Assembly: GCA_946495655.1 (NCBI GenBank)
Contig: CAMMDS010000001.1
Span: 69,324-133,323 of the forward strand
From: an uncultured Clostridium sp.
GTDB taxonomy: Bacteria > Bacillota > Clostridia > TANB77 > CAG-508
Direction of reading: 5' to 3'
DNA: 64,000 bases
This document shows, in pieces, positions 36,991 through 46,733 of this stretch (positions within the stretch are counted from its first letter, which is position 1; the number at the start of each line of letters is the position of its first letter). A program made the translations under genes and the position numbers. A model generated the notes under the pieces. The model ran no database searches, was not told the DNA's origin, and saw only the letters and a list, made by a program, of their open reading frames with translations.

Positions 36991-37052
36991 CCACTTTTTA
37001 CCACTTCTCTCCACTTCACTTAGATTTTAATACAAGTATCTATAAAATGCAA
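36991..37052 (-). promoter_or_regulatory. mraZ promoter followed by three MraZ-box-like direct repeats
   Basis: On the - strand: TTGCAT (37052-37047), a 17-nt spacer, TAAAAT (37029-37024). Then AAGTGG x3 at an exact 10-bp period (37016-37011, 37006-37001, 36996-36991). Confidence 0.6.
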
Positions 37053-37338
37053 GTGTTTTTATAAAATTTTTTAAATATTTTTTTGTTGTAAGCCTTGTGT
37101 TATCTGCAATTCAACCAAACATCAGTTCTTAATTTGACATAAGTTATATGTTTTTATAACCTAGCAAAAGCTTACTATGTAAGCTTTTCATCAATTTTAC
37201 AATTATTTCTATTTTTTTGTTTTTATTAAAAAAATCACTTTATTTTAAATCATAAATAATATGATTTGTCAGTAAAATTTAAGTGAAAAAGAAAAAAGTT
37301 CATATCAGGCATTCTATACTATGAGCTTTTTTCTTTTT

Positions 37339-38019
37339 TTAATCAATCGTTGTACTAGTTCTCCCTGTTCCTACCACCGCTTCCTGTAATGATCTCCAAG
37401 TATTACAACCGATAATTCCGTCTGCTGATAAGCCTACTGCCCTCTGATAATTTCTAACTGCATTTTGGGTAGCTGCACCAAAAATACCGTCTAGCCCGCC
37501 CGTAGTGTAGCCTAATGTATTTAAATCATCTTGTGCAATTAACACATAATTACTTAGACTTCCTCTTTTTAGCTGTGGAAATCCTCCACTTGAACAAGCT
37601 GGACTTCCAAATCTTTTGTCAAAGTGAACCCACGTAGGTGTAAGTGAAATTGGTTCTACAAAAGACCATACTCCAGAATTATTTGCTGAATTCCATAATC
37701 TTGTTCTTTGACTTTGTGAAAGCCTTTGACCAACATCAAAAGCTGTTCCTGCATAATGTTGACTTTGGTTTCCATGTCCACCTTCCCAAGGTCTTTTAAA
37801 TGCAAAACCAACTGGTATGGCGGAACCATATATATATCTTTGACTATTCCAACTTTGCATAGTTCTTTTAGTTGTCCATAAAATCGATGAATTACTTGAA
37901 CCTCTAAATTCTCTTACTTTCAAAGTTCCATTCGTGTTATATGGCATGGGTTCATTTTCTCCCCTATAATAGGTCTCCATACGATCTGTATCATTATTAA
38001 ACACAATTATCTTTGCCAC
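37339..38019 (-). CDS. Zinc D,D-/L,D-peptidase of the M15 (VanY-like) family with a C-terminal peptidoglycan-binding domain
   Basis: SQHYAGTAFD matches SxHxxGxAxD. WVHFD supplies the third ligand region. The PG_binding_1 pattern is LGYTTGGLDGIFGAATQNAVRNYQRAVGLSADGIIGCNTW. The gene is visibly GC-richer than its surroundings. Confidence 0.75.
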   Translation of the reverse strand: MAKIIVFNNDTDRMETYYRGENEPMPYNTNGTLKVREFRGSSNSSILWTTKRTMQSWNSQRYIYGSAIPVGFAFKRPWEGGHGNQSQHYAGTAFDVGQRLSQSQRTRLWNSANNSGVWSFVEPISLTPTWVHFDKRFGSPACSSGGFPQLKRGSLSNYVLIAQDDLNTLGYTTGGLDGIFGAATQNAVRNYQRAVGLSADGIIGCNTWRSLQEAVVGTGRTSTTID

Positions 38020-38207
38020 AATAATCCTCCTTATATTAGATCTCGTAGTATATTATATGTTTTACAAAACTGAATGTTACTTTAAGAGATCTTTAAATTT
38101 AATTTAGAAATTTACTTATCATTTCATATCTGTAACATTTTATAAAATAAAGATTTGATGTTATATATTTTTTTATACCTTTGTGGTATAATCTCTCTGG
38201 TGATAAT

Positions 38208-38807
38208 ATGGGAAAAGATTTATATGATAAACGCAATTCAAATTATTGCTATAAAAACAGTAACACTTTAATCAATAAACTAAATATACATGACGAAAAG
38301 CTTCTTCACAAATATGAAGCTAAAATAACTGCTGCCAAACTTCTTGATTTAAGACAAAAAGGAATAATTGGTAATTTCGATATTGCTCATCTAAATAGTA
38401 TACATACATACCTTTTTGAAGATATATATCCTTTTGCTGGCAAATTCAGAAATGAAAATATTGCAAAAGGAGTATTTAGATTTGCAGAATATGAATATAT
38501 TGAACCTGAACTAAAAAAATTATTAAATGAATTGAAAAAAGAGAATTATCTTTCTAATCTATCTAAAGAAGATTTATCTGAAAGACTTGCTTATTATTTA
38601 TCTGAACTAAACGTGCTCCATCCATACAGAGAAGGAAATGGAAGAACTATAAGAGAATTTATAAGAGAGCTCGCTTTAAAAAATGGATATATTTTAAATT
38701 TAAGTAATGTTTCTCCAAAAGATTTCCTTAATGCTAGTATCAAATCTATTGTAGACACAGATGATTTATCAAAATTAATATTTTTATGTTTGGAAGATAA
38801 GAAATAA
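38208..38807 (+). CDS. Fic-domain protein (AMPylase-type toxin candidate)
   Basis: The Fic motif is HPYREGNGRTIRE. The start is placed at MGKDLYD (38208), only about 15 nt after a TGgTATAAT extended -10 (38184-38192), so the leader is very short. Confidence 0.85.
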   Translation: MGKDLYDKRNSNYCYKNSNTLINKLNIHDEKLLHKYEAKITAAKLLDLRQKGIIGNFDIAHLNSIHTYLFEDIYPFAGKFRNENIAKGVFRFAEYEYIEPELKKLLNELKKENYLSNLSKEDLSERLAYYLSELNVLHPYREGNGRTIREFIRELALKNGYILNLSNVSPKDFLNASIKSIVDTDDLSKLIFLCLEDKK

Positions 38808-38965
38808 TTATTGATTTCAAACTCAACTTTTTTTGTTAAATTTGATACAAAGACATCTATCTAAAACCCCACAAAACGCCTGTATTTATTGACTTTTTCG
38901 TAATTTTATGGTATAATATATATGTAGTTTGGTGAGAATATTTTTTGAAATTGGAGGATACAAAT

Positions 38966-39133
38966 ATGTTTAATGAAGATATTTTTAATTTTAATATAAA
39001 TAATATAAAAAATGATTTGGCTATTGAGGGAATGACAATTTCAGATGAAGATATAACTTTATTTAAACAATTTGCAAATGAAGAAATAGACATGCCAAAT
39101 CTAATTCAAACAATCAAAAATGAAATTAATTGA
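38966..39133 (+). CDS. VbhA-like small protein (candidate Fic antitoxin)
   Basis: NDLAIEGMTISDEDITLFKQFANEEID resembles the VbhA-family pattern A...EG....E...........GEI. GGAGGA RBS; its own TGgTATAAT is at 38908-38916. The inhibitory-motif position normally held by S/T is Asp. Confidence 0.55.
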   Translation: MFNEDIFNFNINNIKNDLAIEGMTISDEDITLFKQFANEEIDMPNLIQTIKNEIN

Positions 39134-39176
39134 AATTTAACAATACATTGTACAAATATAGAAACTTTTGTATTAT

Positions 39177-39366
39177 GCAATAACACCATTATATAAAAAA
39201 TATATCAAATATGTCGGTCAAGCTGATTTTCATAGAACTTTTAAAAAGATTTTGTTAGCGCCCTCACAAGCATGCGAGATTCCCTAACAAAATCTTTAAA
39301 AAATTTCTATATTCAAATCACTTTCCATTCCATATTTTCATATTTTTTATATAATGGTGTTATTGC
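39177..39366. repeat. 190-bp near-perfect palindrome (long hairpin / MITE-like element)
   Basis: The outer arms GCAATAACACCATTATATAAAAAATAT (39177-39203) and its exact reverse complement (39340-39366) match over 27 nt. The inner arms also pair (AAAGATTTTGTTAG...CTAACAAAATCTTT). The centre is GC-rich: CGCCCTCACAAGCATGCGAG. Confidence 0.75.
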
Positions 39367-39387
39367 TATAAATTTAAAACTATGTAT

Positions 39388-40125
39388 TTAAACTTCTCTA
39401 CACTTTACAACAAGTCTTTGTGTTCCATAATTTGTACATGTGATTAATGTTAATTCTCTAAATGCTAACTCTCTTCCATCTTCAGTCAATTGACTAGTAC
39501 AACTTGTGTCTGTAGGCTCTACCACATATTTTCTATATACTTTATACTTTACTGTTCTTCCTGACATATCCTCTAACTCTACTATATCACCATATTCTAA
39601 TTCATTTAATCTTCCAAACATTTTACCATTTCTATAATTATGTCCTACTATGCAATAGTTTCCAATTTCGTTTGGCTTCAATTCACCTTGCTTTGGCCAG
39701 TATCTATTAACTGAAATTTCAAGTAATTCATCAGATGATTCAGATAATACAGGATAACTTATATCGATTTTAGGGATTGTAATAATTGCCTCTGTTGAAT
39801 ATGTAGTATCTCCTACTTGTGTGCTGCTAATCAGTTCGTTAGTATTTACTTCCTGCTCTTCATTTGCCTCTGTTTCATTTAAAACAATTATTATTGCATC
39901 ATTTTGAGTTGACTCTTTAGTAGTATTATCTTCTGATCTTACTTCTGATAATAAGAATTGTGATACTTCTTCACTCTTATTTCTATCATATTCAGCATAT
40001 ATGTAATATGAGGACAATAAGCATGCTAAAAGAACTGCTATAAAAAACTCTATTTTATATAGTCTTCTTTTTCTTTTTAGTTCTGGTGTAACATATAATT
40101 TTTCAGTAACTAAAATTTGATTCAA
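39388..40125 (-). CDS. Sortase-family transpeptidase
   Basis: It has an N-terminal TM anchor, a catalytic His (CIVGHNY), the LTLITC (TLxTC) Cys motif and a C-terminal Arg. Confidence 0.85.
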   Translation of the reverse strand: MNQILVTEKLYVTPELKRKRRLYKIEFFIAVLLACLLSSYYIYAEYDRNKSEEVSQFLLSEVRSEDNTTKESTQNDAIIIVLNETEANEEQEVNTNELISSTQVGDTTYSTEAIITIPKIDISYPVLSESSDELLEISVNRYWPKQGELKPNEIGNYCIVGHNYRNGKMFGRLNELEYGDIVELEDMSGRTVKYKVYRKYVVEPTDTSCTSQLTEDGRELAFRELTLITCTNYGTQRLVVKCREV

Positions 40126-40185
40126 GTTATTAGTCCTCCTCGTTTCATTATTTACATAATTATTATATCATAAATTTAATAGATT

Positions 40186-41046
40186 TTAAACAACTTTATA
40201 GATTAAATTTGAAAGCTCTGCAAATTGTTCTATTGTCAGTTTTTCCCCTCTTATATTAATGTCAATCCCCATCTTATTAAATATGTCTTTAATCTTGTCT
40301 TTATCATTAACTATTCCCGAATTAGTTAATCCATTTAGTAATGTTTTTCTTCTTTGCATAAAACTTGCTTTTATTACTCTAAAAAACATTTCTTCATTTA
40401 TTACATCAACTTTAGGTTTTTCTCTTATTTGTAGTTTTATTACTTCTGAGTCCACTTCTGGAGATGGAATAAAACTCTTCTTATCAACAAATACTATGTT
40501 CTTTGCTTCTGCATAATAATCCACACTATATGTAATAGCTCCTGATAGCTTATCACCTGGTCTAGCCGTAATCCTATCTGCCACTTCTTTTTGTACCATC
40601 ACAGTAATACTATCTATGTCAAGCTTATCTTCTAATAGTTTCATTATGATAGGTGTCGTTATATAATATGGAAGATTTGCAACTATTTTTACTCTTTCTA
40701 AATCTTCTATATTTTCTTTAATTAAAGTTTTTAAATCTACTTTTAAAACGTCTTCATTTAAAAGAATAAAATTATCATATAGTTTAAATCTATCATTGAG
40801 TATTGTTATCATTTTCTCATCTAATTCTACAGCAATTACTTTTCCAGCATTTTCTAGTAGTTTAGAAGTGAGAGTTCCTAGTCCTGGCCCAATTTCTATA
40901 ACTAAATCTTTTCCCTCTATATTAGATGCTTTAATAATATCACTAATTATTTCATCATCCACTAGGAAATTTTGTCCTAATCTTTTATTTGCTGTTATAT
41001 TATATTTTTTTAAGATAAACTTTGTATCTTCTAAACTACTATTCAT
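40186..41046 (-). CDS. rsmA: 16S rRNA (adenine1518/1519-N6)-dimethyltransferase RsmA/KsgA
   Basis: LGQNFLVD, the SAM motif VIEIGPGLG, and NLPYYITTPI. Confidence 0.94.
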   Translation of the reverse strand: MNSSLEDTKFILKKYNITANKRLGQNFLVDDEIISDIIKASNIEGKDLVIEIGPGLGTLTSKLLENAGKVIAVELDEKMITILNDRFKLYDNFILLNEDVLKVDLKTLIKENIEDLERVKIVANLPYYITTPIIMKLLEDKLDIDSITVMVQKEVADRITARPGDKLSGAITYSVDYYAEAKNIVFVDKKSFIPSPEVDSEVIKLQIREKPKVDVINEEMFFRVIKASFMQRRKTLLNGLTNSGIVNDKDKIKDIFNKMGIDINIRGEKLTIEQFAELSNLIYKVV

Positions 41047-41063
41047 ATCATGCTCCTCATATT

Positions 41064-43367
41064 CTATTCATCTATCTCTTCTTGTAATACAACACTAATT
41101 ACAGTTCCTTCTTCAACAGATGTTCCAGAAGTTATATCTTGACTTGTGATTTTTCCACTTCCTGTATATTTAATATTTAAATTTTTATTCTTTAGTGCTG
41201 CTTTTGCTTCGGCTAAAGACATTCCTTTCAAATTAGGTACTGTTTGTGAAGCTCTTGTGTCATTATCCTCTGTATATAGTTTTACAATTGATCCTTCTAT
41301 CAATCCTGTCCCAGCGACTGGCATTTGTTCAGTAACGATGTCTTCGTCATTACCTGATACTTCACATTCAAATCCTTGATTCTCAATTATTTTCTTTGCT
41401 TCTGCTACAGTTTTGTTCTTAACATTTTTTAGTGTTATTGTTTCTTCTGCTGTATCGCTATCTGTAGAATCTGAAGGAATTCCTAGGTATGGCAAAACTT
41501 CTGTTAAAATTTGTGCAACTACTGGAGCTGCTACTTGGCTACCATAATAGCTTTCGCCTTGTGGTCCATATAAAGTTACTAAAATAACCACTTCTGGACT
41601 CTCTACTGGTGAAATTGCTGCAAATGATGCCACAAATCCTGATTCTTCATCTGAAGGATCAGGTTCAGAAGTACCTGTCTTTCCAGCGATGCTATATCCT
41701 TTTACTTTTGCATATCCTCCACTTCCGTTTTCTACGACTGTTTCCAACATATCTAGCAATGATTCTGAAGTTTCTTTTGATATAACTTGTCTAACTTCTT
41801 CTGGTTCTATTGTTGTTACTGCTCCTGTATCTGTATTCTTTATTTCTTTTGCAATTCTTGGTTTCATTAATACTCCGTCATTTGCTACTGCTGCTACTGC
41901 AGATATCATTTGAAGAGGAGTTATTTTAAATCTCTGACCAAATGACATTGTAGCCAATTCTACACTACCAACATCATTTAAATTCCAAAATATACTTTGA
42001 GCTTCTCCTGAACTTCCAGAATCACCTATATCACCGAATCCTGTTTTATCAAAGAATCCAAATGCATCATAATATCTATATAATGTTGCAGCACCTATTT
42101 TTTGCCCTAATTGTATAAAGGCTGGGTTACAAGAATTCTTAAGAGCATCTCTTAAACTTTGTTTTCCATGTTTTACTCTGTTTGCACAATTAATTTCTTG
42201 TCCAGATACAACCTCAACACCTTCACAGTTAAATACTCCTGCTGTATCTGCATCAACTAATCCTTCTTCCAAACCAGCTGCTGCTGTTACAATTTTAAAT
42301 ACAGAGCCTGGTTCATATGTAGATGTAATTGCTCTATTATTCCATGTCTCTTGTTGCTTTAAATATTGCTCTTCACTAGACATTTTATCCCATTCATCTT
42401 CTGGTATAAAATCTAATGTATATGGATCATTTAAATTGTAATCTGGATATGTTGCCATAGCTAAAATATCGCCATTATTTGGATTCATTATTATTACATT
42501 TCCACCATCTTTACAATTGTTTTCTTCACAAGCTTGTTTTAAATACTTTTCTGCTATTTGTTGAATATTAGCATCAATTGTAAGAGTTATATCATTTCCA
42601 TTTTGTGGTGCTATATATGTTCCATTTTCATAAGGTATAAGATCCTGAACTGCATCTTGAGCAGAAGTAACTTTTCCTGGAGTTCCTGTTAAAATATCGT
42701 TCCACTTTAACTCTAATCCCCATAATCCCTGATTATCTGTACCACAGAAACCTATTAAATTAGATGCTAAATTATCATATGGATAATATCTTTTTGTGTC
42801 TTCATCAATGTTTATTCCACTATATATTTCATTTTCTTTCATCCAAGCTTCTAATTTTTCTATTTTATCATTTTCTACTTTTCTTGCAATTGTAACATTA
42901 GTGCTTTCGCTTGAAACTTTCTTTAATGTTTCTTCATAATCCAAATCAAAGATTTCCGAAAAAGCTTTTGCAACTTGTTCTTTTAACAACTTTGTTTTTG
43001 TTTCATCAATTTCATCCGAATCTTCTTGTTCTACTACAATCTTTGTCGGATCAATACTAACTGTATCAACCTGAGCACTTACAGCTAATGCTTTTCCTGT
43101 AGAATCATATATTGTTCCTCTTTTTGGGCTAATGACTTTACTAGTTGTTAGTTGTCTATACATTTCTTCTTTTAAATCTGCTCCTTGTACAAATTGAAGC
43201 CATCCAAGCCTACCTACAAGTAGTACAAATATTACAAAAAAAGCTATCAGAATTCTTCCTAATCTTTCATTTAGACTTAAGGTTTTCCTTACTTTACTTG
43301 AGTTATTATTAGTTTTATTATTATATTTTTTAAAATTATACACTTTTCCTTTTTGATTCTTTTCCAA
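41064..43367 (-). CDS. Class-B penicillin-binding protein with two C-terminal PASTA domains (intact paralog of the split PBP)
   Basis: 767 aa with SVFK (SxxK), SCN and AGKTGTS. It has two PASTA repeats (LKNVKNKTVAEAKKI..., VPNLKGMSLAEAKAAL...). Confidence 0.92.
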   Translation of the reverse strand: MEKNQKGKVYNFKKYNNKTNNNSSKVRKTLSLNERLGRILIAFFVIFVLLVGRLGWLQFVQGADLKEEMYRQLTTSKVISPKRGTIYDSTGKALAVSAQVDTVSIDPTKIVVEQEDSDEIDETKTKLLKEQVAKAFSEIFDLDYEETLKKVSSESTNVTIARKVENDKIEKLEAWMKENEIYSGINIDEDTKRYYPYDNLASNLIGFCGTDNQGLWGLELKWNDILTGTPGKVTSAQDAVQDLIPYENGTYIAPQNGNDITLTIDANIQQIAEKYLKQACEENNCKDGGNVIIMNPNNGDILAMATYPDYNLNDPYTLDFIPEDEWDKMSSEEQYLKQQETWNNRAITSTYEPGSVFKIVTAAAGLEEGLVDADTAGVFNCEGVEVVSGQEINCANRVKHGKQSLRDALKNSCNPAFIQLGQKIGAATLYRYYDAFGFFDKTGFGDIGDSGSSGEAQSIFWNLNDVGSVELATMSFGQRFKITPLQMISAVAAVANDGVLMKPRIAKEIKNTDTGAVTTIEPEEVRQVISKETSESLLDMLETVVENGSGGYAKVKGYSIAGKTGTSEPDPSDEESGFVASFAAISPVESPEVVILVTLYGPQGESYYGSQVAAPVVAQILTEVLPYLGIPSDSTDSDTAEETITLKNVKNKTVAEAKKIIENQGFECEVSGNDEDIVTEQMPVAGTGLIEGSIVKLYTEDNDTRASQTVPNLKGMSLAEAKAALKNKNLNIKYTGSGKITSQDITSGTSVEEGTVISVVLQEEIDE

Positions 43368-43487
43368 ATTTACACCTACTTTTCATTTGATTATTATTAT
43401 TAAAGTAAAAATTCGTATAAATATCCTATTTTATGTCTTATATTTTATATTAGGATACATAAAAAATCAATAGTAATTTGCAAAAAA

Positions 43488-43619
43488 ATGAAACAAGGGG
43501 ACGTACAATTTGTTCCAAAAATGAAACAAAGGGACAGACATAGAATTATTTCTCAAATTCCTTTTATATGTCTATCCCCTCATTCCAAAAATGGAAAAAT
43601 TGTGCGTCCCTTGTTTCAT
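43488..43619. repeat. 132-bp palindromic intergenic element, copy B of the GAACAA..GGGAC family
   Basis: The left arm is ATGAAACAAGGGGACGTACAATTTGTTCCAAAAATGAAACAAAGGGACAGACATA. The reverse complement of the right arm is ATGAAACAAGGGACGCACAATTTTTCCATTTTTGGAATGAGGGGATAGACATA. It abuts the ftsH stop codon. Confidence 0.7.
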
Positions 43620-45428
43620 CTAACTATTAAATATTCTATCAAATTCTTCCCCATCAATTTTTTCTTTTTCTAGAAGAACTCCTGCAACACTATGAAGTTT
43701 ATCCATATGTTCTACTAGAATTGATTCTGCTTTCTTGTATGCAGCATCTATTATGTTTTTAACTTCTTCATCTATTATTCCAGCTGTTTCTTCTGAATAT
43801 TCTTTAGCTTGAGCAAAATCTCTTCCTAAAAATACTTCTTCTTGGTTCTGTCCAAGAGTTATTGTTCCTACTCTTTCGCTCATACCATATTTAGTAACCA
43901 TTGCTCTTGCAATTTTAGTTGCTCTTTCAATATCATTGCTTGCACCAGTAGATATATCGTCCAATATTAATTTTTCTGCAACTCTACCTCCAAGAAGAGA
44001 TACTATATTTTCAACCATTTCTGTTCTAGACATAAATGATTTATCTTCTGTTGGTCTATACATTGTATATCCACCAGCCATACCTCTTGGTACAATTGAT
44101 ATTTGATGCACTGGATCTTGTGTTGGTAAAAATCTACTAACAACTGCATGCCCTGCTTCGTGATATGCAACTAATTTTTGTTCTTTATCACTTCTTACTC
44201 TTGTTCTCTTCTCAGGTCCCATAGTTACTTTTACCATAGCATCTTCAATTTCTTGCATACCTATTTCTCTTAAATTTCTTCTTGCTGCTAAAAGTGCTGC
44301 TTCGTTTAATACATTCTCTAGGTCTGCACCAGAAAATCCTGATGTGTTCTTAGCTATTGTTTTTAAGTCTACATCTATCGATAATTTTTTCTTTCTACTA
44401 TGAACTTCTAATATTTGTTCTCTAGCTTTTACATCTGGTGAACCTACAACTATTTGTCTGTCAAATCTACCAGGTCTTAATAATGCTTTATCTAATACAT
44501 CTGGTCTGTTTGTTGCAGCTAACACTATAACTCCCTCATTTGCTGAGAATCCGTCCATCTCAACAAGTAATTGATTTAATGTTTGTTCCCTTTCATCATG
44601 TCCTCCACCAAGTCCTGCTCCTCTTTGACGTCCAACTGCATCAATTTCATCTATAAATATTATACATGGTGCTTTTTTCTTAGCTTCATCAAATAAATCT
44701 CTCACTCTTGATGCACCAACACCAACAAACATTTCTACGAAATCAGAACCACTAATTATGAAGAAAGGTACTCCTGCTTCTCCTGCTACTGCTTTTGCAA
44801 GAAGTGTTTTACCAGTACCTGGTTGCCCTACAAGAAGTACTCCTTTTGGTATTCTTGCGCCCATATCTGTAAATTTCTTTGGATTCTTTAAAAATTCTAC
44901 TATCTCTTCTAATTCTTCTTTTTCTTCATCCACACCAGCTACATCGTCAAATGTAACTTTGTTTTTATCTGTTGGATTCATCATTCTGGCTCTACTTTTT
45001 CCAAATGACATTGTTTTACTTCCACCATTATTACCTTGGCTTCCACTCATAAATAGGAACCAGAATATTAAGAATATTATTAAAATTCCAAATGGTGTAA
45101 GAAGACTTAATATAAACATCCAAATAGATTCAGATTGTTCAGTAACATTTATATTACCCGCAGACATACTCTCTTGTAAATTATCCATTAAATTATCAAT
45201 ACTTGGTATGTTTACTTGTTTTACGAAATTTTCATCTTTAAGTTTTACTTCTGCTGTAGTACCATCTGATGAAAGTTCAATTTCTGAAACTTCTCCTGCT
45301 TCTATTTTTGCAATCAATTCAGAATATGCAAGTTTATTACTATCATTATCTAAAATTGATGTTAATAATACAACGAATATTATCCCTATAATTAGCCACA
45401 TAGCTAATGTTTTTATTCCACTTTTCAA
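43620..45428 (-). CDS. ftsH: ATP-dependent zinc metalloprotease FtsH
   Basis: Two TM segments, the AAA+ motifs GQPGTGKT and IIFIDEIDA, and the HEAGH zinc site. Confidence 0.97.
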   Translation of the reverse strand: MKSGIKTLAMWLIIGIIFVVLLTSILDNDSNKLAYSELIAKIEAGEVSEIELSSDGTTAEVKLKDENFVKQVNIPSIDNLMDNLQESMSAGNINVTEQSESIWMFILSLLTPFGILIIFLIFWFLFMSGSQGNNGGSKTMSFGKSRARMMNPTDKNKVTFDDVAGVDEEKEELEEIVEFLKNPKKFTDMGARIPKGVLLVGQPGTGKTLLAKAVAGEAGVPFFIISGSDFVEMFVGVGASRVRDLFDEAKKKAPCIIFIDEIDAVGRQRGAGLGGGHDEREQTLNQLLVEMDGFSANEGVIVLAATNRPDVLDKALLRPGRFDRQIVVGSPDVKAREQILEVHSRKKKLSIDVDLKTIAKNTSGFSGADLENVLNEAALLAARRNLREIGMQEIEDAMVKVTMGPEKRTRVRSDKEQKLVAYHEAGHAVVSRFLPTQDPVHQISIVPRGMAGGYTMYRPTEDKSFMSRTEMVENIVSLLGGRVAEKLILDDISTGASNDIERATKIARAMVTKYGMSERVGTITLGQNQEEVFLGRDFAQAKEYSEETAGIIDEEVKNIIDAAYKKAESILVEHMDKLHSVAGVLLEKEKIDGEEFDRIFNS

Positions 45429-45570
45429 ATTTAAATTTCCTCCTCTTCAATTAATTGTTTTACTAATAATTTGAAATTCACCTTTGAAATATACCACATA
45501 TATATAGTTATTTCAAGCATTTTTTCAAACTTTTTTGCTAGATAAAACTCATTCTTTACGGAAATACGAA

Positions 45571-46602
45571 TTAGGAGATGAAAAAAATTTTCCCTTTTTT
45601 CACATATATTTTAATTCCTTTTTTGGGAATCAAATATTTATTTCCGATATTGTTATTGCATAGCTTTATAATGTCATCTATATGTATTTTTTCTATTCCA
45701 GCTGAGGTTCCATAAGCTTTTGATATAGTATATAAAATTAATCTTGATTTTATTACATTTTCTAATTTATTAAATTCTTTTAGATTTAATATAACCTTAT
45801 AATTATTTTCACTAATATTATCTGATTTATTATTGTTTTCTTCCTTTTCTTTATTATTTACAAAAATCACTAATCTTTTATATTCATTTTCCACAATTTT
45901 GTTTATAAATTGTTCCTCTTCTGCTGCTATGTTTGATAATCTATTTATTCCATCTACAATGTTAGGATTGAATTCTTTTTTTAAATATGGTATAAGCAGA
46001 TTTCTTATTTTATTTCTTGTATATATATTTTCACTATTTGATTTATCATATTTAGGATTTAACTCTTTTTCTTTACAATAATTCTCTATTTCATCTCTTG
46101 AACATTCTATTAATGGTCTTATATACCTTCCATCTCTAACTTTTTCAATTCCTTTTAAACCAGATATTGATGTACCTCTTAAAATATTCATTAAAACAGT
46201 TTCTGCATTGTCATTACTATTGTGTGCTGTTGCTATTTTATTTGCTCCTACTTTTTGTGCCACTTCTTCAAAAAAGTTATATCTTATATTTCTTCCTGCT
46301 TCTTCAGTTCCGATTTTTAATCTCTTTGATTCATTTTCTACATCTATTTTTTTTATAAAAAAATCTATATCTATTTTGGCACAAAATTCTCTAACATATT
46401 CACTTTCTTCGTCTGCTTCTTTTCTAATCATATGATTAATATGCGCCACATATATTTTTATATTCAATCTTTCTTTTAAATTATTTAAAATATTTAAAAT
46501 CGAAATAGAATCAGGCCCTCCAGAAACACCTACAACTATTTTATCTCCTTCTTGAACCATATCGTATCTATTTATAGTATTAAATACTTTTTCTTCTAAC
46601 AT
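45571..46602 (-). CDS. tilS: tRNA(Ile)-lysidine synthase
   Basis: The PP-loop is VGVSGGPDS. I place the start at MLEEKVF (46602), which has GAGGTGG 5 nt upstream. The ORF track starts at 46638. Confidence 0.9.
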   Translation of the reverse strand: MLEEKVFNTINRYDMVQEGDKIVVGVSGGPDSISILNILNNLKERLNIKIYVAHINHMIRKEADEESEYVREFCAKIDIDFFIKKIDVENESKRLKIGTEEAGRNIRYNFFEEVAQKVGANKIATAHNSNDNAETVLMNILRGTSISGLKGIEKVRDGRYIRPLIECSRDEIENYCKEKELNPKYDKSNSENIYTRNKIRNLLIPYLKKEFNPNIVDGINRLSNIAAEEEQFINKIVENEYKRLVIFVNNKEKEENNNKSDNISENNYKVILNLKEFNKLENVIKSRLILYTISKAYGTSAGIEKIHIDDIIKLCNNNIGNKYLIPKKGIKIYVKKGKIFFIS

Positions 46603-46733
46603 AATTCCACCTCTTAACCTATTTGATAATAATAACATAAAAAGACTTAAGTTTCAACTATTTGACATAATGTGTTTAATTTTATATAATATGAATAAGC
46701 TTTATGCTTATTTAAAAAAATGGAGGAATTGAT

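Noticed and set aside
43488-43673. 61-aa + strand ORF (MKQGDVQFVPKMKQRDRH...).
   Set aside because: It is the palindromic intergenic element read through as protein. Its internal repeat MKQ.D reflects the repeated DNA module, and its end overlaps ftsH antisense.
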